This document shows, one piece after another, positions 47,253-54,853 of a DNA stretch of 54,975 nt; position 1 is the first letter of the stretch, and each line of letters opens with the position of its first letter. The notes beneath the pieces are model-generated. The model saw only the letters and a list, made by a program, of their open reading frames with translations. It searched no databases and was not told the origin of the DNA. Source of the DNA: Candidatus Wildermuthbacteria bacterium (lineage in GTDB: Bacteria > Patescibacteriota > Minisyncoccia > Minisyncoccales > UBA10102). The position numbers and the translations under genes were made by a program. The DNA lies in the NCBI GenBank assembly GCA_016186115.1, contig JACPMK010000002.1:340323-395297 (forward strand). Reading direction: 5' to 3'.

Positions 47253-47454
47253 TATTCAAGGTATCTTTTAGTTCTGGAAGAAAAAGGTCTTTTTCCGCAT
47301 TACTATTTTGCAACGCAGAAAGTGAATCTTTGAGATGTTTTCCCCACCATCCCAAAAGCATGACTCCGACAGCTATAGTAATTCCCCATACCAGCATCTT
47401 TTTCTTTTGCTGGGGAATGCTCTGCAAGGCAGGCAGAATCTGCCGAATCTTCAT
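47239..47454 (-). CDS. Small single-pass membrane protein upstream of gyrA (hypothetical)
   Basis: 71 aa. One TM helix ([18 protein letters not shown]). Overlaps both neighbours, so translationally coupled if real. Confidence 0.4.
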   Translation of the reverse strand: MKIRQILPALQSIPQQKKKMLVWGITIAVGVMLLGWWGKHLKDSLSALQNSNAEKDLFLPELKDTLNNGPR

Positions 47455-48110
47455 GATGGCTGAAGAAGAATAATTTGCATTTCCTCTGCGGGCAAATCCT
47501 TTGCTTTTAATACCAACTTGAGTTGGGGCTCAACTTCTTTCTTTCCCATCACTTTCAAAAAATCTTCAATGCCCTCTAATTGCACCTTCAATTTCGGCAA
47601 GCGATAGTGCATGGGGATAACGATCTTTGGTTCGATTTGATTAATGATATTCCGCGCGCCTTGGCCATCGATTGTGTACACTCCACCCACAGGGATAAAC
47701 AATATATCAATATTGCCGATTTGCTCCAATTGTTCCGAGGTCAATTCCTTTTGGCCAAGATCTCCTAAATGGCATAATTTCATTCCTTCTGCTTCGATCG
47801 TATAGATCGCGTTGAGGCCGCGTTCCTTCCCGTCGGAAGCATCATGAAAAGAAGAAATTCCCTCAACGAATACCTCCTTCACTTCGTATTCTCCGGGATT
47901 GGCAATACTAAAAGGAGGGATGCCTTTTAGGGCATTCCGATTGTTGTGATCATGATGTTCGTGAGTGATCAGCAAGAGATCGGCTTCCACGGAAGACATA
48001 TGCAATCCAATCGAATCCTGAAAAGGATCGATCAGAATGCGTACTTGCTCTTGTTTGCCTCGTGAAGCTGCCAAATAAAAACATGCTTGGCCTTTCCAAG
48101 AAATCTGCAT
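47451..48110 (-). CDS. Metallo-beta-lactamase-fold hydrolase (UPF0173-like)
   Basis: ORF to 48116. ATG 48110 (MQISWKGQACFY) fits the promoter geometry. HEHHDH metal motif. Confidence 0.8.
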   Translation of the reverse strand: MQISWKGQACFYLAASRGKQEQVRILIDPFQDSIGLHMSSVEADLLLITHEHHDHNNRNALKGIPPFSIANPGEYEVKEVFVEGISSFHDASDGKERGLNAIYTIEAEGMKLCHLGDLGQKELTSEQLEQIGNIDILFIPVGGVYTIDGQGARNIINQIEPKIVIPMHYRLPKLKVQLEGIEDFLKVMGKKEVEPQLKLVLKAKDLPAEEMQIILLQPS

Positions 48111-48118
48111 ACACATAT

Positions 48119-48146
48119 ATTATAGCATAATACCCTCCGCGTTCAA
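48119..48146 (-). promoter_or_regulatory. Promoter placed for a leaderless MBL-hydrolase/gyrA transcript
   Basis: Minus strand: TTGAAC (48146..41), 16 nt, TATAAT (48124..19), 8 nt, ATG 48110. Confidence 0.55.
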
Positions 48147-48167
48147 TGGCTTTCTAACCCCTTACCC

Positions 48168-48196
48168 TTGAAATTATTTTGCCGATTCTGTATAGT
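48168..48196 (+). promoter_or_regulatory. Promoter placed for a leaderless rpsA transcript
   Basis: TTGAAA (48168-73), 17 nt, TATAGT (48191-96), 7 nt, ATG 48204. The ORF-track TTG start is the -35 hexamer itself. Confidence 0.55.
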
Positions 48197-48203
48197 CAAC
48201 GAT

Positions 48204-49352
48204 ATGACAACAATGGCAAAACCGCAGTTTATTCAAAGGATAGAAATTCAAAGACCCTATAAGATAGGAGATATTGTAGAAGCTCCAGTTATTGCCATCG
48301 GAAGATCTGCGATCTATGTTGACCTTGCTCCCCAAGGAACTGGCATTGTATATGGGAAAGAATTTCTTGAAGAAAAAAGTACGCTCAAGAATGTCAAGAT
48401 AGGAGAGAAGATTACGGCAAAGGTTGTGGATATAGAAAATGAAGAGGGATATGTTGAACTTTCTCTCAAAGAAGCAGGGAGGCAGATCAACTGGGAGCGG
48501 CTTCGCGAGAAAAAAGAATCAGAAGAAATTATTCCCGTGAAAATTTTGAGCGCAAACAAAGGAGGCCTTCTTTCTGAACTCTACGGAATTGCCGCGTTTC
48601 TTCCTGTTTCCCAGCTTGCGCCAGAACATTATCCCAAAGTAGAAGGAGGAGATCCGGAGAAAATTCTCCACGAATTGCAAAAATTTACCGGCACAGAACT
48701 TCAGGTTCAAATTTTTGATATTGACCCAAAGGAAAATAAAATCATCCTTTCCGAAAGAGCCAAGGAACGCCTCAAGGTAAAAGAGCTCCTGCAGAATTAT
48801 CAAGTCGGCGATGTGGTCGAAGGAACAATTACCGGAGTAGTTGATTTTGGAGCATTTGTGAGCTTTGGCAAAGAAGGGGAGGAAATCGAAGGACTCATCC
48901 ATATTTCAGAAATTGACTGGCAGATTATCGAGGACCCCAGTAAATTTCTCGCGGCGGGCGACAAAATTGCGGCAAAAATTATTGATATTTCAAATGGCAG
49001 GGTATCGTTATCGCTCAAGGCGCTCAAAGAAGATCCTTGGAAAAACATTGGAGAGAAGTACAAGAAATTGGACTTTATTAAGGGAAAGGTTACCAAAATG
49101 AACCCCTACGGAGCATTTGTTGAAATCGAGCCGAAAATTCAGGGATTAGCGCACATTTCAGAATTTGGCACCAAAAAGAAAATGGAAGAAGAGCTCCTCG
49201 TTGGAGAAACCTATAACTTCCAAATTATCGACCTCAATCCTGCAGAGCATCGGATGAGTTTGCGTTTCGCCGCGAATCCAGAAATCGTTTCAACGCCAGA
49301 ATCCCCGCAGCCGAAACCAGAGCAAGAGAAAGCGCAACAAAAAGAGGGCTAG
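48204..49352 (+). CDS. rpsA: 30S ribosomal protein S1 (four S1 domains)
   Basis: Repeated S1 OB-fold motifs (G.iV.g.V......ga.V.l...GiEGliH.SE). Low-complexity C-terminal tail. Confidence 0.85.
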   Translation: MTTMAKPQFIQRIEIQRPYKIGDIVEAPVIAIGRSAIYVDLAPQGTGIVYGKEFLEEKSTLKNVKIGEKITAKVVDIENEEGYVELSLKEAGRQINWERLREKKESEEIIPVKILSANKGGLLSELYGIAAFLPVSQLAPEHYPKVEGGDPEKILHELQKFTGTELQVQIFDIDPKENKIILSERAKERLKVKELLQNYQVGDVVEGTITGVVDFGAFVSFGKEGEEIEGLIHISEIDWQIIEDPSKFLAAGDKIAAKIIDISNGRVSLSLKALKEDPWKNIGEKYKKLDFIKGKVTKMNPYGAFVEIEPKIQGLAHISEFGTKKKMEEELLVGETYNFQIIDLNPAEHRMSLRFAANPEIVSTPESPQPKPEQEKAQQKEG

Positions 49353-49971
49353 TATTCGTGGGCACAGAAGAGGACTGCTGAAAGTCCTTTTTTGTTTGTT
49401 CTTGCAGCGCAAGAATATCTGTGCCAAAAATACTATTTTGCGATCGAGGAGTTCCTACGCGAACAATGCTTGTTCCCCAATTTTTTGCGTCTGTCCCGGG
49501 CTCCGATGGATTGCGCCGCTCCATGGAAAATTTTGTTTCATTATCTCCTCCGTACCAGCCGCCTGCTGCATCAATTTCATCCACGATCTCGCCTTGTGCA
49601 TTTTTGAGTACAACGTTTTGCCCGGTATTGACGAATTTTCCGGTCAAATTTTCATACGACAAATCAAAGTTTGCGATCTTGTCAGAAGATACGATCAAAA
49701 AATATCCTTGCGCCGGAATGTTCCCGGCTAGGGGAATGCGAAAATCGAGCTGGTCGCGCGAAAGTTCAACTGCCCATCCCGCAAGAGAAACCTGCTGCTC
49801 TGCGGAGTTATACAATTCCAGCCATTCATATCTCCACCATTGCTTTTGCTCCACCCCTTCCACCGGACTTCCCATCCATACTATCTCGTTTATCACCACA
49901 TCACCTAATTCAGCCGATACAAAAAGAGGCGCACCGAACAACAAAGAGAAAAAGAAAGCTACATATTGCAT
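49234..49971 (-). CDS. Lamin-tail-domain (LTD) surface protein with signal peptide and C-terminal TM anchor
   Basis: 245 aa. VVINEIVWMGS....WLELYNSAEQQVSLAGWAV....IPAQGYFLIVS is the LTD signature. The C-terminal helix LFVALSLALVSAAGILAL is encoded inside the rpsA 3' end. Confidence 0.7.
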   Translation of the reverse strand: MQYVAFFFSLLFGAPLFVSAELGDVVINEIVWMGSPVEGVEQKQWWRYEWLELYNSAEQQVSLAGWAVELSRDQLDFRIPLAGNIPAQGYFLIVSSDKIANFDLSYENLTGKFVNTGQNVVLKNAQGEIVDEIDAAGGWYGGDNETKFSMERRNPSEPGTDAKNWGTSIVRVGTPRSQNSIFGTDILALQEQTKKDFQQSSSVPTNTSPLFVALSLALVSAAGILALKRFLDSRRNANSSDALQD

Positions 49972-50001
49972 GTTGCTTTACTATACTTCGCGTTTAAGAA
50001 T

Positions 50002-50029
50002 TTGACAAATAAATATAAAGTGATATACT
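50002..50029 (+). promoter_or_regulatory. Promoter of 50089..51150
   Basis: TTGACA (50002-07), 16 nt, TATACT (50024-29) with TGa extension. SD GGGAGAGG lies before the start. Confidence 0.5.
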
Positions 50030-50088
50030 GCTGATTAGCTACGGAGGGTAAAACTAAGCCCTCGGATCGTAAAAGAAGGGAGAGGTTG

Positions 50089-51150
50089 ATGATTAAAGAA
50101 ATCGTCACTCATGGAAGCCCAGCGCACCTAGACGAGTTGATGGCGTATCTGATGCTCGCTGACCACGGAGGAGAGGAAAAACTTCCTGGAGTTAGCAAGG
50201 CGAATTTCCGATGTCTCACCAAGGATGACAATCTTAAGATGCTCGCCCATGACGAGCACGTGGTATTGCTGGGGATTGGTGCCGAGTTCCAAAACAGCAC
50301 CAACGCTCACAGAATCTTTGACGAACACGTGTTTAACGGCGACAAGTCCAAAAAAGACGAGTGCGCCGCAACGCTCGTGGCAAAATTCCTTGGGCTTGAC
50401 CAACAGTTTACATGGAGGCAGATTCTCAAGTACGTCCTTCATACCGATAAGAATCCCCCTAGCCTAACTCTGGACCTCGCCCCCACAGTAATAAGATTCC
50501 AACGTCAGGGCTGGAGTCTCTCTGCTGTGGTCAGATATGCAGACGATGCTATTCACGCAAAGCTCGAAGAGAGTCAATGCTTTGCCAACGTTGCAATGGA
50601 GAAAATCCACGAGGAGGAGCTCGATCTCGGATGCGGCGGAAGACAATGGCTTGCAGTGATAGAAACCGACGACGTGGAGACGTCTAGATTTGCACGATTT
50701 ATGGGCGCCGCGTTAGCCATTGTCAAAAACCCGACCGGGCACATTCAAATTCTTTCCGCCAAGCATCTCCGCCTCGATTTGCGAGATATCTTGCGTATCT
50801 TGAGGTTAAGAGAGCAATGGATAGAAAACAAGTATAAAGTAACTGATTGGAGGATACTCGAACAAGAAGGTACCGTTGCAGGCATTCCCCAGTGGTTCTT
50901 CCACGAGGAAGCGAACGACATCCTTAACGGAGGGCAAGCCCGACCCGATGTCCCGGCCACAAAGATTCCGATTTCTATGATTGTAGAATCGGTAAAGCTG
51001 GGCCTCGAGACGCATTGCTTTGAACCGTCGCGAGAAACACGCTGCAAACAAGGCGTGTGCACATCCACAGCAATAAACCCATGCCCCTTATATAGATTGG
51101 GACTTCTGCGATGCCGGCAGATACGAGCAAAAATGTATCTTTCAAAATAG
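50089..51150 (+). CDS. MYG1/UPF0160-like (DHH-superfamily-like) metal-dependent hydrolase homologue with Cys-rich C-terminus
   Basis: IVTHGSPAHLDELMAYLML and GIGAEF....HRIFDEH resemble the MYG1 motifs THxGxFHxDE and DVGG....(R)xDHH. C-terminus CFEPSRETRCKQGVCTSTAINPC...C. Confidence 0.5.
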   Translation: MIKEIVTHGSPAHLDELMAYLMLADHGGEEKLPGVSKANFRCLTKDDNLKMLAHDEHVVLLGIGAEFQNSTNAHRIFDEHVFNGDKSKKDECAATLVAKFLGLDQQFTWRQILKYVLHTDKNPPSLTLDLAPTVIRFQRQGWSLSAVVRYADDAIHAKLEESQCFANVAMEKIHEEELDLGCGGRQWLAVIETDDVETSRFARFMGAALAIVKNPTGHIQILSAKHLRLDLRDILRILRLREQWIENKYKVTDWRILEQEGTVAGIPQWFFHEEANDILNGGQARPDVPATKIPISMIVESVKLGLETHCFEPSRETRCKQGVCTSTAINPCPLYRLGLLRCRQIRAKMYLSK

Positions 51151-51157
51151 GTCCCAA

Positions 51158-51197
51158 AGGCCCTGTCGCTCAGCCAGCGATGGGGCCTCATTTTTTT
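51158..51197 (+). terminator. Rho-independent terminator
   Basis: AGGCCCTGTCGCT-CAGCC-AGCGATGGGGCCT (13-bp stem including 2 G-U pairs), followed by CA and T7. Confidence 0.65.
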
Positions 51198-51198
51198 C

Positions 51199-51227
51199 TT
51201 GAATAATACGGGATTTTCTATTATAAT
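51199..51227 (+). promoter_or_regulatory. Promoter placed for a leaderless ftsH transcript
   Basis: TTGAAT (51199-204), 17 nt, TATAAT (51222-27), 7 nt, ATG 51235. The ORF-track TTG start is the -35 hexamer. Confidence 0.55.
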
Positions 51228-51234
51228 AATCTCG

Positions 51235-53118
51235 ATGAAAAACCTATCCAAAAATTTTGTCATTACCATTCTGGTTCTCCTCGGAATCTCTGTTTTATTT
51301 ACCTTTGTCTCGACAAACTCTTTCGAGCGGGCTGAACAGATTTCAATTTCGCAATTAGCCAAAGATGTGAACGCGGGAAAGGTAAAAGAACTCACCGTTT
51401 CTGGTAGCAAAGTAGGGGTACTTTACGCCAATGACAAGCAGGCAGACACTACCAAAGAAGACCAATCCTCATTGGAAGAATCTCTGCTCAATCTCGGAGT
51501 GGACAAACAACGTCTTGGAGAACTCGATATCAAAGTGAAGCCATCCGGAGGAATTTCCAACTGGCTGGTTCCGCTTTCCTTTGTGGTGCTTCCTTTGCTT
51601 TTCTTTATCTTTTTCTTCTGGATGATGTTTCGCCAAGCACGAACCGGATTGACGCAGGCATTTGATTTCACCAAGGCAAGAGCAAAATTATTTGGCGCCG
51701 AGGGTCAGGTGAAACAACCGGTCAGCTTCAAAGATGTTGCCGGGCTCAAAGAAGCAAAAGAAGAGTTGGAGGAGGTGGTGGATTTCTTGAAGAACCCAAA
51801 AAAATATCTTCAGATCGGCGCGAAAATTCCGAGGGGAGTGCTTTTGATGGGCCCGCCGGGCACGGGAAAAACACTTCTCGCAAGAGCGGTCGCATCAGAA
51901 GCAGGAGTGCCGTTCTTTTCTGCTTCGGGATCGGAATTCATTGAGATGTTTGTGGGTGTAGGAAGTTCAAGGGTTCGCGATTTGTTCGCTACGGCAAAAA
52001 AGGCCGGGAAATCTATTATCTTTATCGATGAACTCGATGCAATTGGAAGGGTGCGAGGAGTTGGTTTCACGGGCGGGCACGAAGAAAGAGAACAAACCCT
52101 CAACCAAATTTTAGTAGAGATGGACGGATTCGAAAGGGATTCCACGGTCATCGTATTCGGAGCAACCAACCGTCCTGACGTGCTCGACCCTGCGCTTCTG
52201 CGGCCGGGGCGATTCGACCGGAGAATTGTACTGGATCTTCCCGACGTGAATGATCGGGAAGCAATTCTCAAAATTCATGTTCGGAACATGCCTCTTGCCT
52301 CGGATGTGGAGCTTCGGGAAATTGCCGAGCGCACCCCCGGATTTTCTGGAGCGGATTTGGCAAACCTTGTAAACGAGGCAGCAATTTTTGCGGCGCGCCG
52401 CAACAAAACCCAGATTTTTCAGCAGGAATTCCTCGGCTCCATTGAAAAAGTTTTGCTGGGACCGGAGCGAAAAAGCCATGTGCTTTCCAAGCGCGAAAAA
52501 GAAATAACTGCTTACCACGAAGCAGGTCATGCCCTTGTTGCTGCTGTCCTTCCCCATGTTGACCCAGTACGAAAAATCTCTATTATTTCACGAGGGAGGG
52601 CTGGCGGCTACACCCTTAAACTTCCAAGCGAAGACCGGCACCTGCGCAGCCGTACGGAATTTATCGAAGAACTCGCCGTACTTCTGGGCGGATACGCCGC
52701 AGAAAAACTTGTGTTTGGCGACGTCACTACTGGTCCGAGTAACGACCTTGAAAAGGCCTCGGAAATTGCGCGACAATTAGTCAAAGAATATGGCATGTCG
52801 GAAAAACTTGGGCCTGTCGCCTTTGGTGAGGGCGAAGCAGTGCCGTTTTGGAAAGGAGAGTTTGGGGAACGACCTTACTCTGATACCATAGCAACAACGA
52901 TCGATCAGGAGGTATCCCGGCTTATCGAGAACGCAAGAACTACGGCAGAAAAAATTCTCAAACAAAAACGCAAGACCCTTGCAACCATTGCCCAAGTTTT
53001 GATAGAAAAAGAGACGATCGAGAGAGAAGAATTTGAGAAACTTATCAAACAAGAAACAAAGACGTCCAAGCAAACGAAAAATGCCAAACCGAAAGCTGTG
53101 CCAGTGGCCGCGAAGTAA
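51235..53118 (+). CDS. ftsH: ATP-dependent zinc metalloprotease FtsH
   Basis: Two N-terminal TM helices, Walker A GPPGTGKT, Walker [12 protein letters not shown] region, zinc motif HEAGHAL. Confidence 0.95.
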   Translation: MKNLSKNFVITILVLLGISVLFTFVSTNSFERAEQISISQLAKDVNAGKVKELTVSGSKVGVLYANDKQADTTKEDQSSLEESLLNLGVDKQRLGELDIKVKPSGGISNWLVPLSFVVLPLLFFIFFFWMMFRQARTGLTQAFDFTKARAKLFGAEGQVKQPVSFKDVAGLKEAKEELEEVVDFLKNPKKYLQIGAKIPRGVLLMGPPGTGKTLLARAVASEAGVPFFSASGSEFIEMFVGVGSSRVRDLFATAKKAGKSIIFIDELDAIGRVRGVGFTGGHEEREQTLNQILVEMDGFERDSTVIVFGATNRPDVLDPALLRPGRFDRRIVLDLPDVNDREAILKIHVRNMPLASDVELREIAERTPGFSGADLANLVNEAAIFAARRNKTQIFQQEFLGSIEKVLLGPERKSHVLSKREKEITAYHEAGHALVAAVLPHVDPVRKISIISRGRAGGYTLKLPSEDRHLRSRTEFIEELAVLLGGYAAEKLVFGDVTTGPSNDLEKASEIARQLVKEYGMSEKLGPVAFGEGEAVPFWKGEFGERPYSDTIATTIDQEVSRLIENARTTAEKILKQKRKTLATIAQVLIEKETIEREEFEKLIKQETKTSKQTKNAKPKAVPVAAK

Positions 53119-53136
53119 TCCATCGCGGCAACTCTT

Positions 53137-53213
53137 GCGCGTGTAGCTCAGTTGGTTAGAGCATGGCTCTTATAAAGCCAGGGTCGATGGTTCGAATCCA
53201 TCCACGCGCACCA
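53137..53213 (+). tRNA. tRNA-Ile (anticodon UAU)
   Basis: GCGCGTG acceptor, TAGCTCAGTTGGTTAGAGC D-arm (Ile-like), anticodon arm TGGCT-CTTATAA-AGCCA, GGTTCGAATCC, encoded CCA. Confidence 0.8.
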
Positions 53214-54731
53214 AATTGGACTTCCTGATTTTTTGGAAGCCAAAGCGATAGTTTGCTCGCCGCGCCTCGCGGCGCGGCTCGCAAGGAATTGGGCGGTAAA
53301 ATCAAACGGCGGGGCGAAATCCCAAGAAACATTTTTTTCGGAAATGAGGCGGTTCGTTCCAATTTTTTGCGCAAAATGAGCAATCTCTTGCGGAGATTGC
53401 TCCGAGGCGATTTTTCCCGCTTGAATTAAGGTATTTATGTAATCCCGCATTGGTTCGTTCCACCCGCTCATCCGCTTTCGCAGAAGCGTGTCCTGCTCGC
53501 CCTTCAAGGCGATTTTTTGTTGCACCAAACTTTCTTTTTTTCGTCTGTAAGTTTCCTCGTCAATAAGATTGTCTAAATATCCTTCAAGCAGTTTATCCAG
53601 TTTTTCTTGAAGGGCGAAAATCTTTTTTCTATTCGCTTCTGCGAAAGCGTCTGCTGATTGGGCTTGCGATTTTTCTTCGCGCTCCAATTTTTTCAGCATT
53701 TCTTTTGACCAATCGTCAGGCAAAGCAATTGTTTGCGACTTTTCAATGATTTGCTTTTGCAATTCGCTTTCTTGGATATACTTTTCGGCGCAAGCCCCGT
53801 GTTTGCGTGTGCAACGATAATATCGGTAAAGTCCGCCGTTGCCCTTGGCGAATTGCGCCGTGAACATTGAACCGCAAGAGCAATTGAAAAGTCCGACAAA
53901 CGGAAAATCATGCCGTTTCTTGCTCTTGCGGGGCTTGCGCCTGTTTGCCAAAACTTCCTGCACTTTCGCAAATAATTGCTTTGAGATGAGCGGGCGGTAT
54001 TTGCCCTCGTGGGCTTCGCCGTTCCAGCGCATAATGCCGATATAGCGATCATTGGTCAAAAGATTTTCAATTGAATAATTGGAGCGCGTTTTTCCGCCGC
54101 CAAGCTCGGCGAGGCGAGCCGAAATTGATTTGAGCGTACGCCTGCCGGTCGCAAATTCCTCGTAGATTTTCTTAACGATTTTTGCTTCTTTCGGCTCAGG
54201 CACAATATTTCGCAAGCGGTGGTCATAGACATAGCCGAAAGGTTTTTGTCCGGGCCATTCGCCTCGCCGCAGCTTGGCGCGGTTCCCTCGTCGAACATTT
54301 TCGGCCAGATTGTCCACATAGTATTTGGCGTTTGATAATCCAATAGCGAGAAAAAATTTTCCCGACGGGTTATTTTCAAACGCGAAAGTTGGAAATTTTA
54401 GACCGCCAAGTTTTCCGGTGTCCAAAAGATATATTAAACGCCCGCCGTCGACGGAATTTCTGGACAATCTGTCCGGATGCCATGCCAAAATACCGACAAG
54501 ATGAGGAAGACCGCCGTCAATTTTATTGAGCATGGAATTGAAAATTTCTCTGCCCGGAACTTTGGCAGTTTTCTTTTCAATAAATGTTTCTATGATTTCT
54601 AAACTTTCTTTTTCGGCATATTCTTTCAATTCCGTAAGTTGCGCTTCCAAGCTCAAAACTTGGCGGTCTTCCTCATCGGTGCTTTTACGAATGTAGAGAA
54701 AATATTTTGTTGGTTGCGGTAGTGTATTCAT
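53148..54731 (-). CDS. Large serine recombinase (resolvase catalytic domain, recombinase domain, zinc ribbon, coiled coil); 3' end uncertain
   Basis: 527 codons. YIRKSTDEEDRQVLSLEAQ...HPDRLSRN catalytic region. CSCGS...YYRCTRKHGAC zinc ribbon. The last ~25 codons read antisense through tRNA-Ile (..WMDSNHRP..), so the true C-terminus is probably upstream or context dependent. Confidence 0.85.
   Translation of the reverse strand: MNTLPQPTKYFLYIRKSTDEEDRQVLSLEAQLTELKEYAEKESLEIIETFIEKKTAKVPGREIFNSMLNKIDGGLPHLVGILAWHPDRLSRNSVDGGRLIYLLDTGKLGGLKFPTFAFENNPSGKFFLAIGLSNAKYYVDNLAENVRRGNRAKLRRGEWPGQKPFGYVYDHRLRNIVPEPKEAKIVKKIYEEFATGRRTLKSISARLAELGGGKTRSNYSIENLLTNDRYIGIMRWNGEAHEGKYRPLISKQLFAKVQEVLANRRKPRKSKKRHDFPFVGLFNCSCGSMFTAQFAKGNGGLYRYYRCTRKHGACAEKYIQESELQKQIIEKSQTIALPDDWSKEMLKKLEREEKSQAQSADAFAEANRKKIFALQEKLDKLLEGYLDNLIDEETYRRKKESLVQQKIALKGEQDTLLRKRMSGWNEPMRDYINTLIQAGKIASEQSPQEIAHFAQKIGTNRLISEKNVSWDFAPPFDFTAQFLASRAARRGEQTIALASKKSGSPIWCAWMDSNHRPWLYKSHALTN
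53239..53357. repeat. Left arm of 119-nt inverted repeat flanking the recombinase
   Basis: The reverse complement equals 54857..54975 at 118/119 positions; the single mismatch is 53332 vs 54882. Contains the GC hairpin CGCCGCG-CCT-CGCGGCG. Confidence 0.9.
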
Positions 54732-54853
54732 AGTTTTATATTTTGGCGTGGCTTATGTTCGGCGAGGGAATGAAAAATCGCCTCAATCCCGCGAAGCGGG
54801 ATATTTTGCGCAAAAAATTGGAATAAAAATTTATTTTTATACATAACTTCGTT

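Noticed and set aside
53148-53238. C-terminal ~30 codons of the recombinase ORF (…SKKSGSPIWCAWMDSNHRPWLYKSHALTN)
   Set aside because: The peptide WMDSNHRP is the typical antisense translation of a tRNA T-arm. This extension is read-through into tRNA-Ile and probably not native protein sequence. It is kept only as an uncertainty on the CDS 3' end.
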